From Thermoplasmata archaeon (GTDB lineage Archaea; Thermoplasmatota; Thermoplasmata; Halarchaeoplasmatales; Halarchaeoplasmataceae): a stretch of 35,021 nucleotides of DNA. The notes below the pieces were generated by a model that was given only the letters and a program-made list of their open reading frames with translations, did not search any database and was not told the DNA's origin. Location: positions 1 through 35,021 of the forward strand of contig JAFDUB010000003.1 of assembly GCA_019594025.1 (NCBI GenBank). The letters run 5' to 3'. The position numbers were made by a program, and so were the translations under genes. Positions 17,552 to 27,407 of this stretch are shown piece after piece. How positions within the stretch are numbered: position 1 is the stretch's first letter; each line of letters starts with the position of its first letter.

Positions 17552-20500
17552 ATGGATGGAAACAGCATGAAAGTTTTTCTTGTGAGCGGGGATATCGAGT
17601 TCCTAAAAAGTGCAAAGGACTTCCTTGAAAAGAAGACGGAGGACTTAAATGTAGATACCTCTGGTTCTCCTGAAAAAGCGTTAAAGAAAATATCACGAGG
17701 AAAGTACGATATCGTGGTTTCAACATACTTCACCGATAAAGAAATGGACTGCTTAGATTTCTTAGTGAAACTAAAGAGAATTAACGATGATATATCAATC
17801 ATAATGATTTCAAGGGAGAAAGAAGAGAAGATTGCAGTAAAAGCTTTGGAACTTGGTGCGGAAAGGAACATTTTCGGTACAGGTTCAAAAGAAATACAGA
17901 TGATCACCCTCTTTAGAGCTATCGAGAATGAGCTTGAGTTGAAGCAGGTTCAGAGGGAACTAAAGGAATCGGAACGCCTCTATAAAGGTATGTATGACTC
18001 CATGCTAGTGCTATCCAAACACGACGATCTAGATTACCTGCTGGCGACGATAGCTTATGAAGTCAAATCCTTACTGGGCGCCACCGATTGTAATATACAT
18101 TTTTACGACGAGGATGAAGAGCTGTTACGTCCGATCTATTCAAACCACCCAAAATATTCTGAAGAAATAATGAAACATCCTATACCCCTGGGCGAAGGTC
18201 TTACTGGTATGGTTGCTGAAGACGGTGTTGGCAGATACTTAAATTATGACGACCCAGATCACGTCTCGATTCACGTTCCCGATACCGATTTGGAGGAGGA
18301 GGAACTGGAATCCATAATGGTGGTACCTCTTTGGGACTACGACAAGCTGTTAGGGGCGATGTCTGTAGGAAAACTAGAGGATACCTTTGACGATTATGAC
18401 ATGAGCAAACTGAATCTTTTTGCAAGGCAGGTAGAGATAGCTTTAATAAAGGCCAGGCATATAAAAGATCTAAAAAAATCTCGTAAAAAACTGTTCCAAG
18501 AAAAGGAACGTATTAAAAAAATCCACGACATCGCAATCAAAATGAAAAGTATACGTTCAGAGGAAGAATTATACCCGATGATAATCGATTCTGTCCGGGA
18601 AATCCTCGATTTCTATGTCTGCAGCCTCGATCTCCTGGAGGACGGAGAATTTGAGGTAAAAGCCACCATGGGAGGGGTAAATAAGAAGGGAGATAGATAT
18701 CCTGTAGAAGGTGTCGCTGGTGAAACCCTAAAAATGAATAGGTCGTATATCATAGATGATGTCCAGGGTTCGAGGATGGCAAAACCCAAACGGAAAAATT
18801 ATCTTTCCGCTATAAGCGTGCCGATAGGTGACTTCGGTGTGTTTCAGGCCCTTTCAAAGAGAAAAAACGACTTCTCTCAAGAGGATTTGGATATTACCGA
18901 ACTACTCATGGCCCACGTCACCCAAACTCTCATAAGACTTCGTAATTTTAGAAAAGTGAAAGAGAGTGAAGAAAAATTTAAAGCTTTGTCCGAGAACAGC
19001 CCCTTCGCAATATTTGTTTATCGGGAAAAATTCCTCTACGTCAACGATGCCAGTGAGGAGTTGACAGGATATTCAAAAATGGAAATGCTCAACAGACACT
19101 TCTGGGAGGTGGTACACCCAGATCATCGAGAGATGGTAAAAGAAAGAGGCTTTGCTCGGCTAAGAGGCGAAGATGTCGCCCCACGTTATGAGTTCAAGAT
19201 AGTAAAAAAAGACGGAACCCCCCGATGGATATATTTCACAGGGAGTAAGATTAACTTTGAAGGCGAAAGTGCGGGACTCGGCACCGCAATCGATATAACC
19301 GAGAGGAAGGAAACCGAGGAAGCTTTGAAGGAAACTAATCGTAAACACATCACATTGATCGAGAACCTTCCCGGTATCGCTTATAGGTGCAAAAACGTTA
19401 AAAACTATACCATGGAATTTTTAAGCGAAGCCTGTACAAAACTGACAGGATACCAGCCTGATGATTTTGTGAACGACAAGAAACTGGCCTTTAAAGATAT
19501 CATACATCCTGAGGATAGAGAGTATGTATGGAGGTCAATCCAAGAGGCTGTAGAAAAAAGAGAATCTTTCGAAATAGAGTATAGAATAATCACAGATGAC
19601 AATGAAGAAAGATGGATATGGGAGCAGGGAAGAGCGGTTGAATTTCCCAAAGATGGGCCGGAGATACTAGAAGGGATAATAACAGATATCACAGAGCAAA
19701 AGATATCGGAGGCATTATTGAAGGAGAGAGAAGAAAAGTACCGAACTATCTTTGAATGCGCAGATGATGCAATATTCGTAATGAAAGATGATATATTCAT
19801 CGACTGTAACGTAAAAACGTTGGACATATTTCAATGTTCTCGTGATGATATTGTGGACGAACCACCATATAAATTTTCCCCGCCAAAACAACCCGATGGT
19901 AGAGATTCCAAAGAAAAGGCCTTGGAAAAGATAAACGCCGCCCTTTCCGGCAAACCTCAGTTATTTGAGTGGGTACACACAACAATGGCGGGTGAACGAT
20001 TTTATGCGGAAGTTAACCTGAATCGGTACAAAATAAACGATGAACTGTACATCATGGCTATAGTTCGTGATATCTCCGAGCAAAAACAAGCCGAAAAAGA
20101 ACTGCGGGAATACAAAGATCAATTGGAAGAGATGGTGGAAGAGAGAACCGCGGCGCTAAGGGATGCCAATATCGAGTTGAAGGCATTTACTCATTCTATG
20201 TCCCATGATCTAAAAGCACCTCTGAGGGCTATACAAGGATTCACTAGAGAATTAATGAAAGAACAAAAGGAGGGGTTGGACCAAGACGGTGTAGAGTGTC
20301 TCAAACGGATACATAAGGCCTCCGTAAGGATGAATACCCTAATCGAGGATCTGCTACGGTATAGTGAGGTATCCAAGGAGAAGAGGGCGCTTACCCAGGT
20401 ATCGCTGAACGAAGTATTAAAAGAAACCATCCAAGATTTTGAAGAAGTTATAGAAGAGAAAAATGCCATAGTTTCCATAGAGGGGAAAATGCCTGTGGTT

Positions 20501-20845
20501 ATGGGAAGGTACTCGACCATGGTCCAGATATTCTCAAACCTGCTATCCAATGCCCTTAAATTCGTCGAGGATGGCCAGTCCCCGGAGATTAAGATTTATG
20601 CCGAAAGTAGTGAAGACGTCGTACGTATATGGGTGCAAGACAAGGGCATAGGTATTCCTGAAGAACGTCACGATGAAATATTCCATCTTTTCGAAAGACT
20701 CCATGGCCGAGAAATTTATCCCGGGACGGGCATAGGTTTATCCATAGTTAATAAAGCGGTTGAGAAGATGGAGGGGAAAGTTGGTGTTGAATCGAAATCG
20801 GGGGAAGGAAGTAAATTCTGGGTCGAACTCGTTCCTTATCGATAA
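17552..20845 (+). CDS. Hybrid sensor histidine kinase: pseudo-REC, GAF, GAF, 3xPAS, HisKA, HATPase
   Basis: H-box 'SHDLKAPLRAI', N-box 'NLLSNALKF', G1 'DKGIGI', 'FERLH', G2 'GTGIGL'; PAS 'VHPDHR', 'IHPEDR', 'DITE'; TATA-like TTATAT about 25 nt before ATG 17552. Confidence 0.92.
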   Translation: MDGNSMKVFLVSGDIEFLKSAKDFLEKKTEDLNVDTSGSPEKALKKISRGKYDIVVSTYFTDKEMDCLDFLVKLKRINDDISIIMISREKEEKIAVKALELGAERNIFGTGSKEIQMITLFRAIENELELKQVQRELKESERLYKGMYDSMLVLSKHDDLDYLLATIAYEVKSLLGATDCNIHFYDEDEELLRPIYSNHPKYSEEIMKHPIPLGEGLTGMVAEDGVGRYLNYDDPDHVSIHVPDTDLEEEELESIMVVPLWDYDKLLGAMSVGKLEDTFDDYDMSKLNLFARQVEIALIKARHIKDLKKSRKKLFQEKERIKKIHDIAIKMKSIRSEEELYPMIIDSVREILDFYVCSLDLLEDGEFEVKATMGGVNKKGDRYPVEGVAGETLKMNRSYIIDDVQGSRMAKPKRKNYLSAISVPIGDFGVFQALSKRKNDFSQEDLDITELLMAHVTQTLIRLRNFRKVKESEEKFKALSENSPFAIFVYREKFLYVNDASEELTGYSKMEMLNRHFWEVVHPDHREMVKERGFARLRGEDVAPRYEFKIVKKDGTPRWIYFTGSKINFEGESAGLGTAIDITERKETEEALKETNRKHITLIENLPGIAYRCKNVKNYTMEFLSEACTKLTGYQPDDFVNDKKLAFKDIIHPEDREYVWRSIQEAVEKRESFEIEYRIITDDNEERWIWEQGRAVEFPKDGPEILEGIITDITEQKISEALLKEREEKYRTIFECADDAIFVMKDDIFIDCNVKTLDIFQCSRDDIVDEPPYKFSPPKQPDGRDSKEKALEKINAALSGKPQLFEWVHTTMAGERFYAEVNLNRYKINDELYIMAIVRDISEQKQAEKELREYKDQLEEMVEERTAALRDANIELKAFTHSMSHDLKAPLRAIQGFTRELMKEQKEGLDQDGVECLKRIHKASVRMNTLIEDLLRYSEVSKEKRALTQVSLNEVLKETIQDFEEVIEEKNAIVSIEGKMPVVMGRYSTMVQIFSNLLSNALKFVEDGQSPEIKIYAESSEDVVRIWVQDKGIGIPEERHDEIFHLFERLHGREIYPGTGIGLSIVNKAVEKMEGKVGVESKSGEGSKFWVELVPYR

Positions 20846-20892
20846 CAACTCTATCCGAAAGATAAATATGAATCAACCATCATAGTCAAACT

Positions 20893-21486
20893 ATGTTTTC
20901 ACAGAAAGAGGGAGAATGTGCGGTAAGGGCTGCAAGAAAAGTGGTGCACTCCCACACTAGAGGTAAAAAGGTCGAGGTCGGCGATTTACCCGACAAATTC
21001 AACAAAAAGATGGGAGTATTCGTTACGATCAACCGATATCCCTCCGGGGATCTACGAGGATGTATAGGTTTTCCAGAACCGGTTATGCCTTTAAAGGATG
21101 CGTTGGTCCGGTCTGTAGTTAGTGCTACGAGAGACCCGAGATTTGCACCTTTGAGTAAAAACGAACTTGATAATATTGTAATCGAAGTGACGCTGCTTAC
21201 TCCTCCTAAGTCGGTGCGTTGTAAAACCAAAGAGATTCCCCAAAACATAGAATGTGGAAAAGATGGTCTTATTGTTTCCTACAAAAACCGTTCGGGTTTA
21301 CTGCTACCTCAAGTCCCTGTTGAACATGGATGGGACGTTCTTGAGTTCCTGGACCATACTTGTTTAAAGGCAGGTTTACCACCGGGAACATGGAAAGAAG
21401 AAGATTGTACGATCAAGAAGTTCCAAGGTCAAATCTTCATGGAAAAAGAACCTGAAGGTGAAATCGTAAAAAAGGAGCTATGCTGA
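20893..21486 (+). CDS. AMMECR1 domain protein
   Basis: 'GVFVT', 'LRGCIG', 'DPRF', 'GLLLPQV', 'KAGL'. Confidence 0.93.
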   Translation: MFSQKEGECAVRAARKVVHSHTRGKKVEVGDLPDKFNKKMGVFVTINRYPSGDLRGCIGFPEPVMPLKDALVRSVVSATRDPRFAPLSKNELDNIVIEVTLLTPPKSVRCKTKEIPQNIECGKDGLIVSYKNRSGLLLPQVPVEHGWDVLEFLDHTCLKAGLPPGTWKEEDCTIKKFQGQIFMEKEPEGEIVKKELC

Positions 21487-21487
21487 T

Positions 21488-22714
21488 ATGATAATAAAGG
21501 GTTCCACCTACATAAACGGTGAAATTGTAAAAAGGTACATAGGCATAGAAGAGGGGAAAATATCATTCGTTAAACGAGCTATAAAGACCAATGAGGATGT
21601 TTTTGAATGGGACGGTGTGATACTCCCTGCGGGGACGGACATGCACGTACATTTTCGAGACCCTGGACATATAGATAAAGAAGATTTTTACACCGGCACT
21701 CTGAGTGCTGTCCACGGAGGTATCACCACGGTAGTAGATATGCCGAACAACGATCCTCCTACCAACAACTTGAAAAGGCTAAGAGAGAAAATAAAGCAAT
21801 GTTCGAAGAAAGCTTGTATCGACTTCGGTCTTTACGCCCTACTATCCTCAGATGTGGAAAGGATGATGGATGAAACCTCTTTGTTCAAGGTGTATATGGC
21901 TGGTAGTACCGGTGCCCCGGGGCGGGGTGACCTTAAAGAGGAAGCAAAGCTCGTTTTCGATTCAGGTGGTCTTGTTGCCTTTCACTGCGAGGATGAAACC
22001 TCGTTTAAACAACCGGGAAAGGATTTGAAGGGATACAACAGAGAACGGCCGGCTGAAAGTGAGGTAAAGGCCATCAAGAGTTTAAAGGAATGGCCGGAAG
22101 GGCGAAAGCATGTATGTCACGTAAGTACTGAACGTGGATTAAAAGTTGCGAAATCTTTAGGTGCGAGTGTGGAGGTAACACCCCATCATCTATTCTTTAC
22201 CCATGAAGTTATGTTGGGCCCCTTCGGAAAGGTAAACCCGCCCCTAAGGGGAGATATAGATCATTTTGCCCTCTGGGAACATTTGGAACGTGGAGAAGTG
22301 GACATCATGGCCAGTGATCACGCACCGCATCTAGAAACCGATAAGACGGAATCCTTTTTGGAGGCACCGGCAGGCATACCCGGTGTTGAAACCATTTATC
22401 CTCTGATGATGAATTCCGTCGCGATGGGTGAGATGGGATTATCTACCGTCGTCGATTTATTGTGTACCCGTCCCGCAGAGATACTGGGCATAAAGAAAGG
22501 AGAAATTAAAGAGGGATATTATGCTGACCTAGCCCTTTTCGATTTCAGAGAGTTCGAGCCCATAATGTCCAATCGATTGCACTATAAGTGCGGGTGGACA
22601 CCTTACGAGGGCTTCAGATGCATCTTTCCAAGGCATGTGATCTCTAAAGCTGATTTCGTGATAAGTGACAGAAGTTTTGTTGGTTCGAAGGGCGAAGGAG
22701 AGTATATTTTTTAA
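21488..22714 (+). CDS. pyrC: Dihydroorotase (amidohydrolase superfamily)
   Basis: 'DMHVHFRDPG', 'GGITTVVDMPN', 'KVNPPLR', 'SDHAPH', 'GIPGVET'. Confidence 0.88.
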   Translation: MIIKGSTYINGEIVKRYIGIEEGKISFVKRAIKTNEDVFEWDGVILPAGTDMHVHFRDPGHIDKEDFYTGTLSAVHGGITTVVDMPNNDPPTNNLKRLREKIKQCSKKACIDFGLYALLSSDVERMMDETSLFKVYMAGSTGAPGRGDLKEEAKLVFDSGGLVAFHCEDETSFKQPGKDLKGYNRERPAESEVKAIKSLKEWPEGRKHVCHVSTERGLKVAKSLGASVEVTPHHLFFTHEVMLGPFGKVNPPLRGDIDHFALWEHLERGEVDIMASDHAPHLETDKTESFLEAPAGIPGVETIYPLMMNSVAMGEMGLSTVVDLLCTRPAEILGIKKGEIKEGYYADLALFDFREFEPIMSNRLHYKCGWTPYEGFRCIFPRHVISKADFVISDRSFVGSKGEGEYIF

Positions 22715-22773
22715 TCCTCGATATCGAAGGCGAAGATTATATATCCCCCCGTACGATTGGGATAACCGATACC

Positions 22774-23094
22774 TTGTCACCTAAAGATGATAACAAAGAA
22801 GAAGTTATTCGAGTACCCTATCCTAAGAGAAGAGATGGTCAAATGTTTGCTATCGCTGATAAAATGCTGGGTGGAGGTAGGATAAGAATAATATGTGAAG
22901 ATGGAAAGTCAAGAATGGGGAGGATTCCGGGAAAACTTAAGAAGAGGATGTGGATGAGAGAAGGTGATTTATTGATAGTGAAGCCTTGGGACTTTCAAGA
23001 TGAAAAGGCTGAGGTAGAGTATAGATATACCCGTACCCAGGTTTATTATCTTAAAAAAAGAAACGATATCCCATCCAATATAGATATTTTTTAA
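22774..23094 (+). CDS. eif1a: Translation initiation factor aIF-1A
   Basis: 'MLG', 'C.DG..R.GRIPGKLKKRMW.REGD.LIV.PWDFQ..KA...YRY'; TTG start downstream of TATA-like TTATATAT. Confidence 0.95.
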   Translation: MSPKDDNKEEVIRVPYPKRRDGQMFAIADKMLGGGRIRIICEDGKSRMGRIPGKLKKRMWMREGDLLIVKPWDFQDEKAEVEYRYTRTQVYYLKKRNDIPSNIDIF

Positions 23095-23166
23095 CCCGGT
23101 CGTAATGTTTTATCAACCCATAGAAAAGTATTAAATTATATGTCACTATATACGTTAGGATTCACG

Positions 23167-23661
23167 ATGGCCCGAATCAAAGTAATCAAAGATGTAACAG
23201 ACTTCGTACCTATACTTCGTGCGGTCAGTACTGAGACAAAAAAAGAGATATTCACCGAACTGGCGGAGGAATGGAAAACGTCGGACGAGGTAGAGGAAAA
23301 ATACGGTGAAGAAGGTCTGGAAGCACTCAAACTTTTTGAAAAGATGAAGTTGGTAGAGACACGTTGGCAGCACACTGACAGAGAAACAAAAAAGGCATAC
23401 CATACCTACTATTCATCGGTACATATCGATGCCTCAGTTCCTGTAGGTGAAATAAGCGAAGTACTTTACGCGGCTATGCTCAGTGACGAGGAATTTACTA
23501 ATATAGAAGAAAAAATACTGAAGCAGGTGAAAAAAGGTGAAAACTTCGCAAAGGATATAAGCGAGATGCTCGAGGTTTCCCCACTCACTTTAAAAAGCAT
23601 GGTTAAGCGGTCGGTAAGACTTGATTACAGGGGCCATCGAATATTGGAACTAAAGGAGTGA
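23167..23661 (+). CDS. Archaeal ArsR-like winged-helix transcriptional regulator
   Basis: 'W.T..EVEEKYGEEG.EAL....KMKLVET.W' and 'K.YHTYYS' pattern of a conserved euryarchaeal family; start 23167 or 23140. Confidence 0.7.
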   Translation: MARIKVIKDVTDFVPILRAVSTETKKEIFTELAEEWKTSDEVEEKYGEEGLEALKLFEKMKLVETRWQHTDRETKKAYHTYYSSVHIDASVPVGEISEVLYAAMLSDEEFTNIEEKILKQVKKGENFAKDISEMLEVSPLTLKSMVKRSVRLDYRGHRILELKE

Positions 23662-23667
23662 AAATAT

Positions 23668-24204
23668 ATGGATTTAGACGATCTGAATATATTTGAAAAG
23701 TACTCTACAGGCACATTCGCCCTGGTACTTGGGATGGCTATAATTGGTACTATAACTTACATAATTTACGTACTCGGTCCCCTCTACGGTGACCATAGGT
23801 CTGTTTTTTTACTCTCGTTTCTAGTCATTACTCTAGGTATTTTCATTCCTTTTTGTTTTTTCGTGGAAATGATTTTCGATGATATACCTGATGTTGTAGG
23901 GAAGTTTTTAGCCGGTTTGTTGTTTGCAGGTATAGTTTGGACATCCTATCATACAAATACCAGCGAAGGAATTGTAGGTGCGGAGCTAGTACTCTACATG
24001 GCACTACCGGCCTTGTTCTCGATCCTCACGTCTTTAGTTTTGTTTAGAGGCGTAGTTATACCGGTAATCGAAGATAGCGGTTTCGGAGTTGAATGGGGGG
24101 ATGAGGAGGAAGGCATTATCACTGAAGATGAAATGGAGGGCGAGAAGGTATCGGAGGAGGAAGAATCGGATCTTTTTCCTGAAGAAATGGAAGACTCTTG
24201 GTGA
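23668..24204 (+). CDS. Hypothetical membrane protein (about 4 TM) with very acidic C-terminal tail
   Basis: Four hydrophobic segments; E/D-rich last 45 or so residues; GGAG RBS. Confidence 0.7.
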   Translation: MDLDDLNIFEKYSTGTFALVLGMAIIGTITYIIYVLGPLYGDHRSVFLLSFLVITLGIFIPFCFFVEMIFDDIPDVVGKFLAGLLFAGIVWTSYHTNTSEGIVGAELVLYMALPALFSILTSLVLFRGVVIPVIEDSGFGVEWGDEEEGIITEDEMEGEKVSEEEESDLFPEEMEDSW

Positions 24205-24210
24205 ATGTAA

Positions 24211-25194
24211 TTGGTATCGATTCTACGATTAGGGCATCGGCCTGAAAGAGATAAACGTATGACCACACACGTTGGATTGACCGCTAGATCCTTCGGTGCT
24301 CAAGGTATTTATCTACCTAAAATCGATAACAGGGTGAAGAAAACTCTCGATGACGTTTCAAACAGATTCGGAGGCGCTTTTAAAGTTGAAGAAAGGAAGG
24401 ATTGGAGGGGACTGATAAAAGATTGGGGCGGAGACGTGGTGCACCTAACCATGTATGGTGAAAATATAGATGATTTTTTCAACAAGGTATCTTTAAAAAA
24501 TCCATTGGTCATCGTTGGGGCCGAGAAGGTACCGGGTGAAGTGTACAAGATTGCAGATTACAACGTAGCGGTAGGCAATCAACCCCACTCCGAAGTTGCG
24601 GCATTGGCAGTCTTTTTGGACCGATTAAACGAGCGGATTAGTAGTGATGAGTTTACAGACTCTAAAATCTCGGTCTTACCATCGAACGGTAAGAAAAGGG
24701 TGATAGATTATTCGAATATCCCATCACTGCACGGCAGCTACGTTTTTTGCATTGAAAGGGGCATGGAACAAAATTTGATGGATCATACCATATCCGTGCT
24801 AGAAAGAGTGTTGAAGATTCAGAACAGATTCGGAGGCGATATACAGCTTATAATGGCAGGCGCTATGCTTCATGACATAGGTAGAACGGAAACACACGGG
24901 GTGGACCACGGTGTAGTCGGTGCCGATATCGTTAGAGAGCAGGGATGGGACGAAGAGCTTGCTAAGATGGTGGAAAGGCATGTTGGAGGAGGGATAACTA
25001 AGGAAGAGGCGGTTCAGCAGGGATTGCCGAAGAGAAATATGGTACCGACTAGTTTGGAAGAAAAAATAATATGCCATGCAGACAACACCGCCGGTGGAAT
25101 TGATAGATTCGAAGAGTTGTTAGAGAGGACGAAATCCGCAGGCTACGTAAAAAGTGCAGAGCGCATGAAGGAGTTAGCTGATTTTTTTAAATAA
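24211..25194 (+). CDS. trm56: tRNA (cytidine(56)-2'-O)-methyltransferase Trm56 fused to an HD domain
   Basis: 'LRLGHRPERDKR.TTHV.LTAR', 'HLTMYG', 'VGAEKVP', 'NQPHSEVAALA'; C-terminal 'LHDIG', 'HGVVG', 'ERHVGGG', 'HADN'. Confidence 0.93.
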   Translation: MVSILRLGHRPERDKRMTTHVGLTARSFGAQGIYLPKIDNRVKKTLDDVSNRFGGAFKVEERKDWRGLIKDWGGDVVHLTMYGENIDDFFNKVSLKNPLVIVGAEKVPGEVYKIADYNVAVGNQPHSEVAALAVFLDRLNERISSDEFTDSKISVLPSNGKKRVIDYSNIPSLHGSYVFCIERGMEQNLMDHTISVLERVLKIQNRFGGDIQLIMAGAMLHDIGRTETHGVDHGVVGADIVREQGWDEELAKMVERHVGGGITKEEAVQQGLPKRNMVPTSLEEKIICHADNTAGGIDRFEELLERTKSAGYVKSAERMKELADFFK

Positions 25195-25195
25195 T

Positions 25196-25204
25196 AAAAA
25201 AAAA
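25196..25204 (-). terminator. Oligo-T tract (T9 on minus strand) after the DUF1015 stop
   Basis: A9 on the plus strand just beyond the stop at 25210, between convergent genes. Confidence 0.55.
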
Positions 25205-25209
25205 GGGGT

Positions 25210-26487
25210 TTAAACGAGTTTTTGCTTTTTTCCGATATCCATCATCACGAAGCCGGAGTTTACCTTGGGGTAAAAATCCGTGGACTTCTCGGGCATACGT
25301 TCACCGTTCTTCGCGGCTCTTAGAACCTGCTCGGGTCTTGTAGCGTTTACCAGGAACGCAGCGGTCGCATTACCTGTTTTAACTTTGTTTACCGCGTCCT
25401 CAGCCCACCTTTCGTAGGATATTGTCTCGTCTATGTCCAGTTTCCCGGTCTTCATTATTCCTTCGAAGATAACGTCTCGAAGGACAACCACGTCTAGACT
25501 CTTGTAATCCTCCGAATAATCGTCTGGTAAGAATTTCTCGATGGAAGAACGGTCCTTTAGTCTTAGACCTATGTTTCTTCCCCCATCGTAAACTACGAAG
25601 GCGGTGGTGTCTTTGTTCTTAGTGAGGAATTCGTCGCTATTTTCCACATCACTTACATCGAAGTATTCTTCCATATCGTTTAAGTGCTCTTCGGTTAATT
25701 TATGCTCCAGAAGAAGTCTGTGTCCTGGGAGTACGACTAAACCCGGATCCTCCACAGGTACCATGTAGGTCATCCTGAAGTTGAAAGCCGAGTCCTCGGC
25801 CCAATCCGTTTTTCCTCTGGTTTCGTCTCTGTAGGTAACAGCGGTTTCATATCTATGATGTCCGTCGGCGATAACCACCTGCTGGTCTTTCAACACCTCT
25901 TGAATTTTCTTAATATCCGATAGCGATTCAATTCTCCATACCTGACTTTTTACACCGTATTCGTCTTCAACTTCGAATTCGGGTTCGTTCTTGGAGATTT
26001 CATCGAATATTTCGATGGTTTTTTGTTCTGGATCGCTGTACAGCATGAATCCCGGTTCAAGATTTTTCTCAGTAGCACTGAGCATGTTCAGCCTGTCGAT
26101 CTTTGGACCTTTATGGGTCTGCTCATGAGGTAGTACCACTCCTTCTTCGAAAGGATATAATTTAACTGCGGATATGAACCCCTTTCGTGTGTACCTCTTT
26201 CCCAGCACCTCGAATTCCTGGTAATAGACATAGATACACGGTTTTTTATCGGGGACGAGTACGTTTTCCTTGAGCCAGTTATTAAGTCTCTCAGCTGCGG
26301 CTTTGTATCGCTCTTCCTCCTTGGGTAAGATCAAACGGCAGAAGTTGTACTCACTTTTACCGTAGTACTTATCTTGAAGTTCCGGTGGGATCTTGTCGTA
26401 AGGTTGTGTTATCACTTTTTCCATAGAACCTATTTTCTCTTCGTCGTAATGTATACCGGGAAAGGGACGGATCTCTACCATGATCAT
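25210..26487 (-). CDS. DUF1015 family protein
   Basis: 'IRPF.G', 'PYD', 'LPHE.T', 'IADGHHRYETA', 'MPEKST.FYPK'. Confidence 0.92.
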   Translation of the reverse strand: MIMVEIRPFPGIHYDEEKIGSMEKVITQPYDKIPPELQDKYYGKSEYNFCRLILPKEEERYKAAAERLNNWLKENVLVPDKKPCIYVYYQEFEVLGKRYTRKGFISAVKLYPFEEGVVLPHEQTHKGPKIDRLNMLSATEKNLEPGFMLYSDPEQKTIEIFDEISKNEPEFEVEDEYGVKSQVWRIESLSDIKKIQEVLKDQQVVIADGHHRYETAVTYRDETRGKTDWAEDSAFNFRMTYMVPVEDPGLVVLPGHRLLLEHKLTEEHLNDMEEYFDVSDVENSDEFLTKNKDTTAFVVYDGGRNIGLRLKDRSSIEKFLPDDYSEDYKSLDVVVLRDVIFEGIMKTGKLDIDETISYERWAEDAVNKVKTGNATAAFLVNATRPEQVLRAAKNGERMPEKSTDFYPKVNSGFVMMDIGKKQKLV

Positions 26488-27407
26488 CCCCTTTTCTTAA
26501 GCTCGGCGATAACTTTTTCTGCTGCCTGTGTTCCTGCTCTCGCTTGTCCTTCCAAGGTCTGTCCGCCTATGTGGGGCGTTGCGTGGAAGTTATCAAGGGT
26601 GAGCAGGGGATTATCTCCCGGAGGTTCCTCGGCGAAAACGTCCTTGCTGGCGAATCTTATTTCACCATCTGTTAGGGCCTCATAGAGTGCATCCTCATCA
26701 ACTACACCGCCGCGTGAACAATCGACCAATACAGCGGATTCCTTCATCTTCTTGAATTCTTCGGAGCTAAGTAGATGATGTGTCGAATCGATATGAGGTA
26801 CGTGGAGAGTGATGAAGTCGCTTTCGGTTATGATCGTATCGAAGTCGACCATCTTAGCAGGTCCGGGTTCATCTACGTCGATAACATCGAATGCTATCAC
26901 GTTCATACCGAATGCGTCAGATCTTTTGGCAACTTCATGACCGATATTACCGTATCCGATTATACCTAGTGTCTTTCCGTAGATCTCGTTGCTTTTCAAG
27001 TCCTTCTTTATCCACTTTCCTTCCCTGAGGCTGATGGTGCCGGCGACTATATTCCTATAAGCGGCGAACATGTGGGTAAATACCAACTCGGCTACGGAGA
27101 TTGTTGTAGCGGTAGGAGTGTTATATACGGCAATTCCTTTGTCCTTGGCATAATCAACATCGATATTATCCAAGCCGATACCCGGTCTACCGATCACCTC
27201 TAGGTTTTCTGCCGTATCTAGGGTCGGTTCTCCGACCTTGGTGGAACCGCGTACGATCATCGCATGATAAGGGGGTACCTTTTTGGTCAATTCTTCTTTG
27301 GACATCCCAAACTCTTGATCTACTTCAAGTCCAGCTTCTTCCAGCATCTCTATGCCTTCGTCGGCGATGGGGTTGCAAACCAGTACTTTTTTGTTCATAT
27401 GTATCAC
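26484..27407 (-). CDS. serA: D-2-hydroxyacid dehydrogenase, short phosphoglycerate dehydrogenase-like (no ACT domain)
   Basis: 'G.GLDNID', 'GIIGYGNIG', 'RGGVVDE', 'DVF.EEP', 'TPHIG'; likely start ATG 27398. Confidence 0.75.
   Translation of the reverse strand: MIHMNKKVLVCNPIADEGIEMLEEAGLEVDQEFGMSKEELTKKVPPYHAMIVRGSTKVGEPTLDTAENLEVIGRPGIGLDNIDVDYAKDKGIAVYNTPTATTISVAELVFTHMFAAYRNIVAGTISLREGKWIKKDLKSNEIYGKTLGIIGYGNIGHEVAKRSDAFGMNVIAFDVIDVDEPGPAKMVDFDTIITESDFITLHVPHIDSTHHLLSSEEFKKMKESAVLVDCSRGGVVDEDALYEALTDGEIRFASKDVFAEEPPGDNPLLTLDNFHATPHIGGQTLEGQARAGTQAAEKVIAELKKRG

Noticed and set aside
17482-17907. 141-aa minus-strand ORF, and similar shadows such as 8083..8556, 19405..19827 and 30330..30833
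   Set aside because: Ser/Phe/Ile-rich antisense frames of well-supported genes
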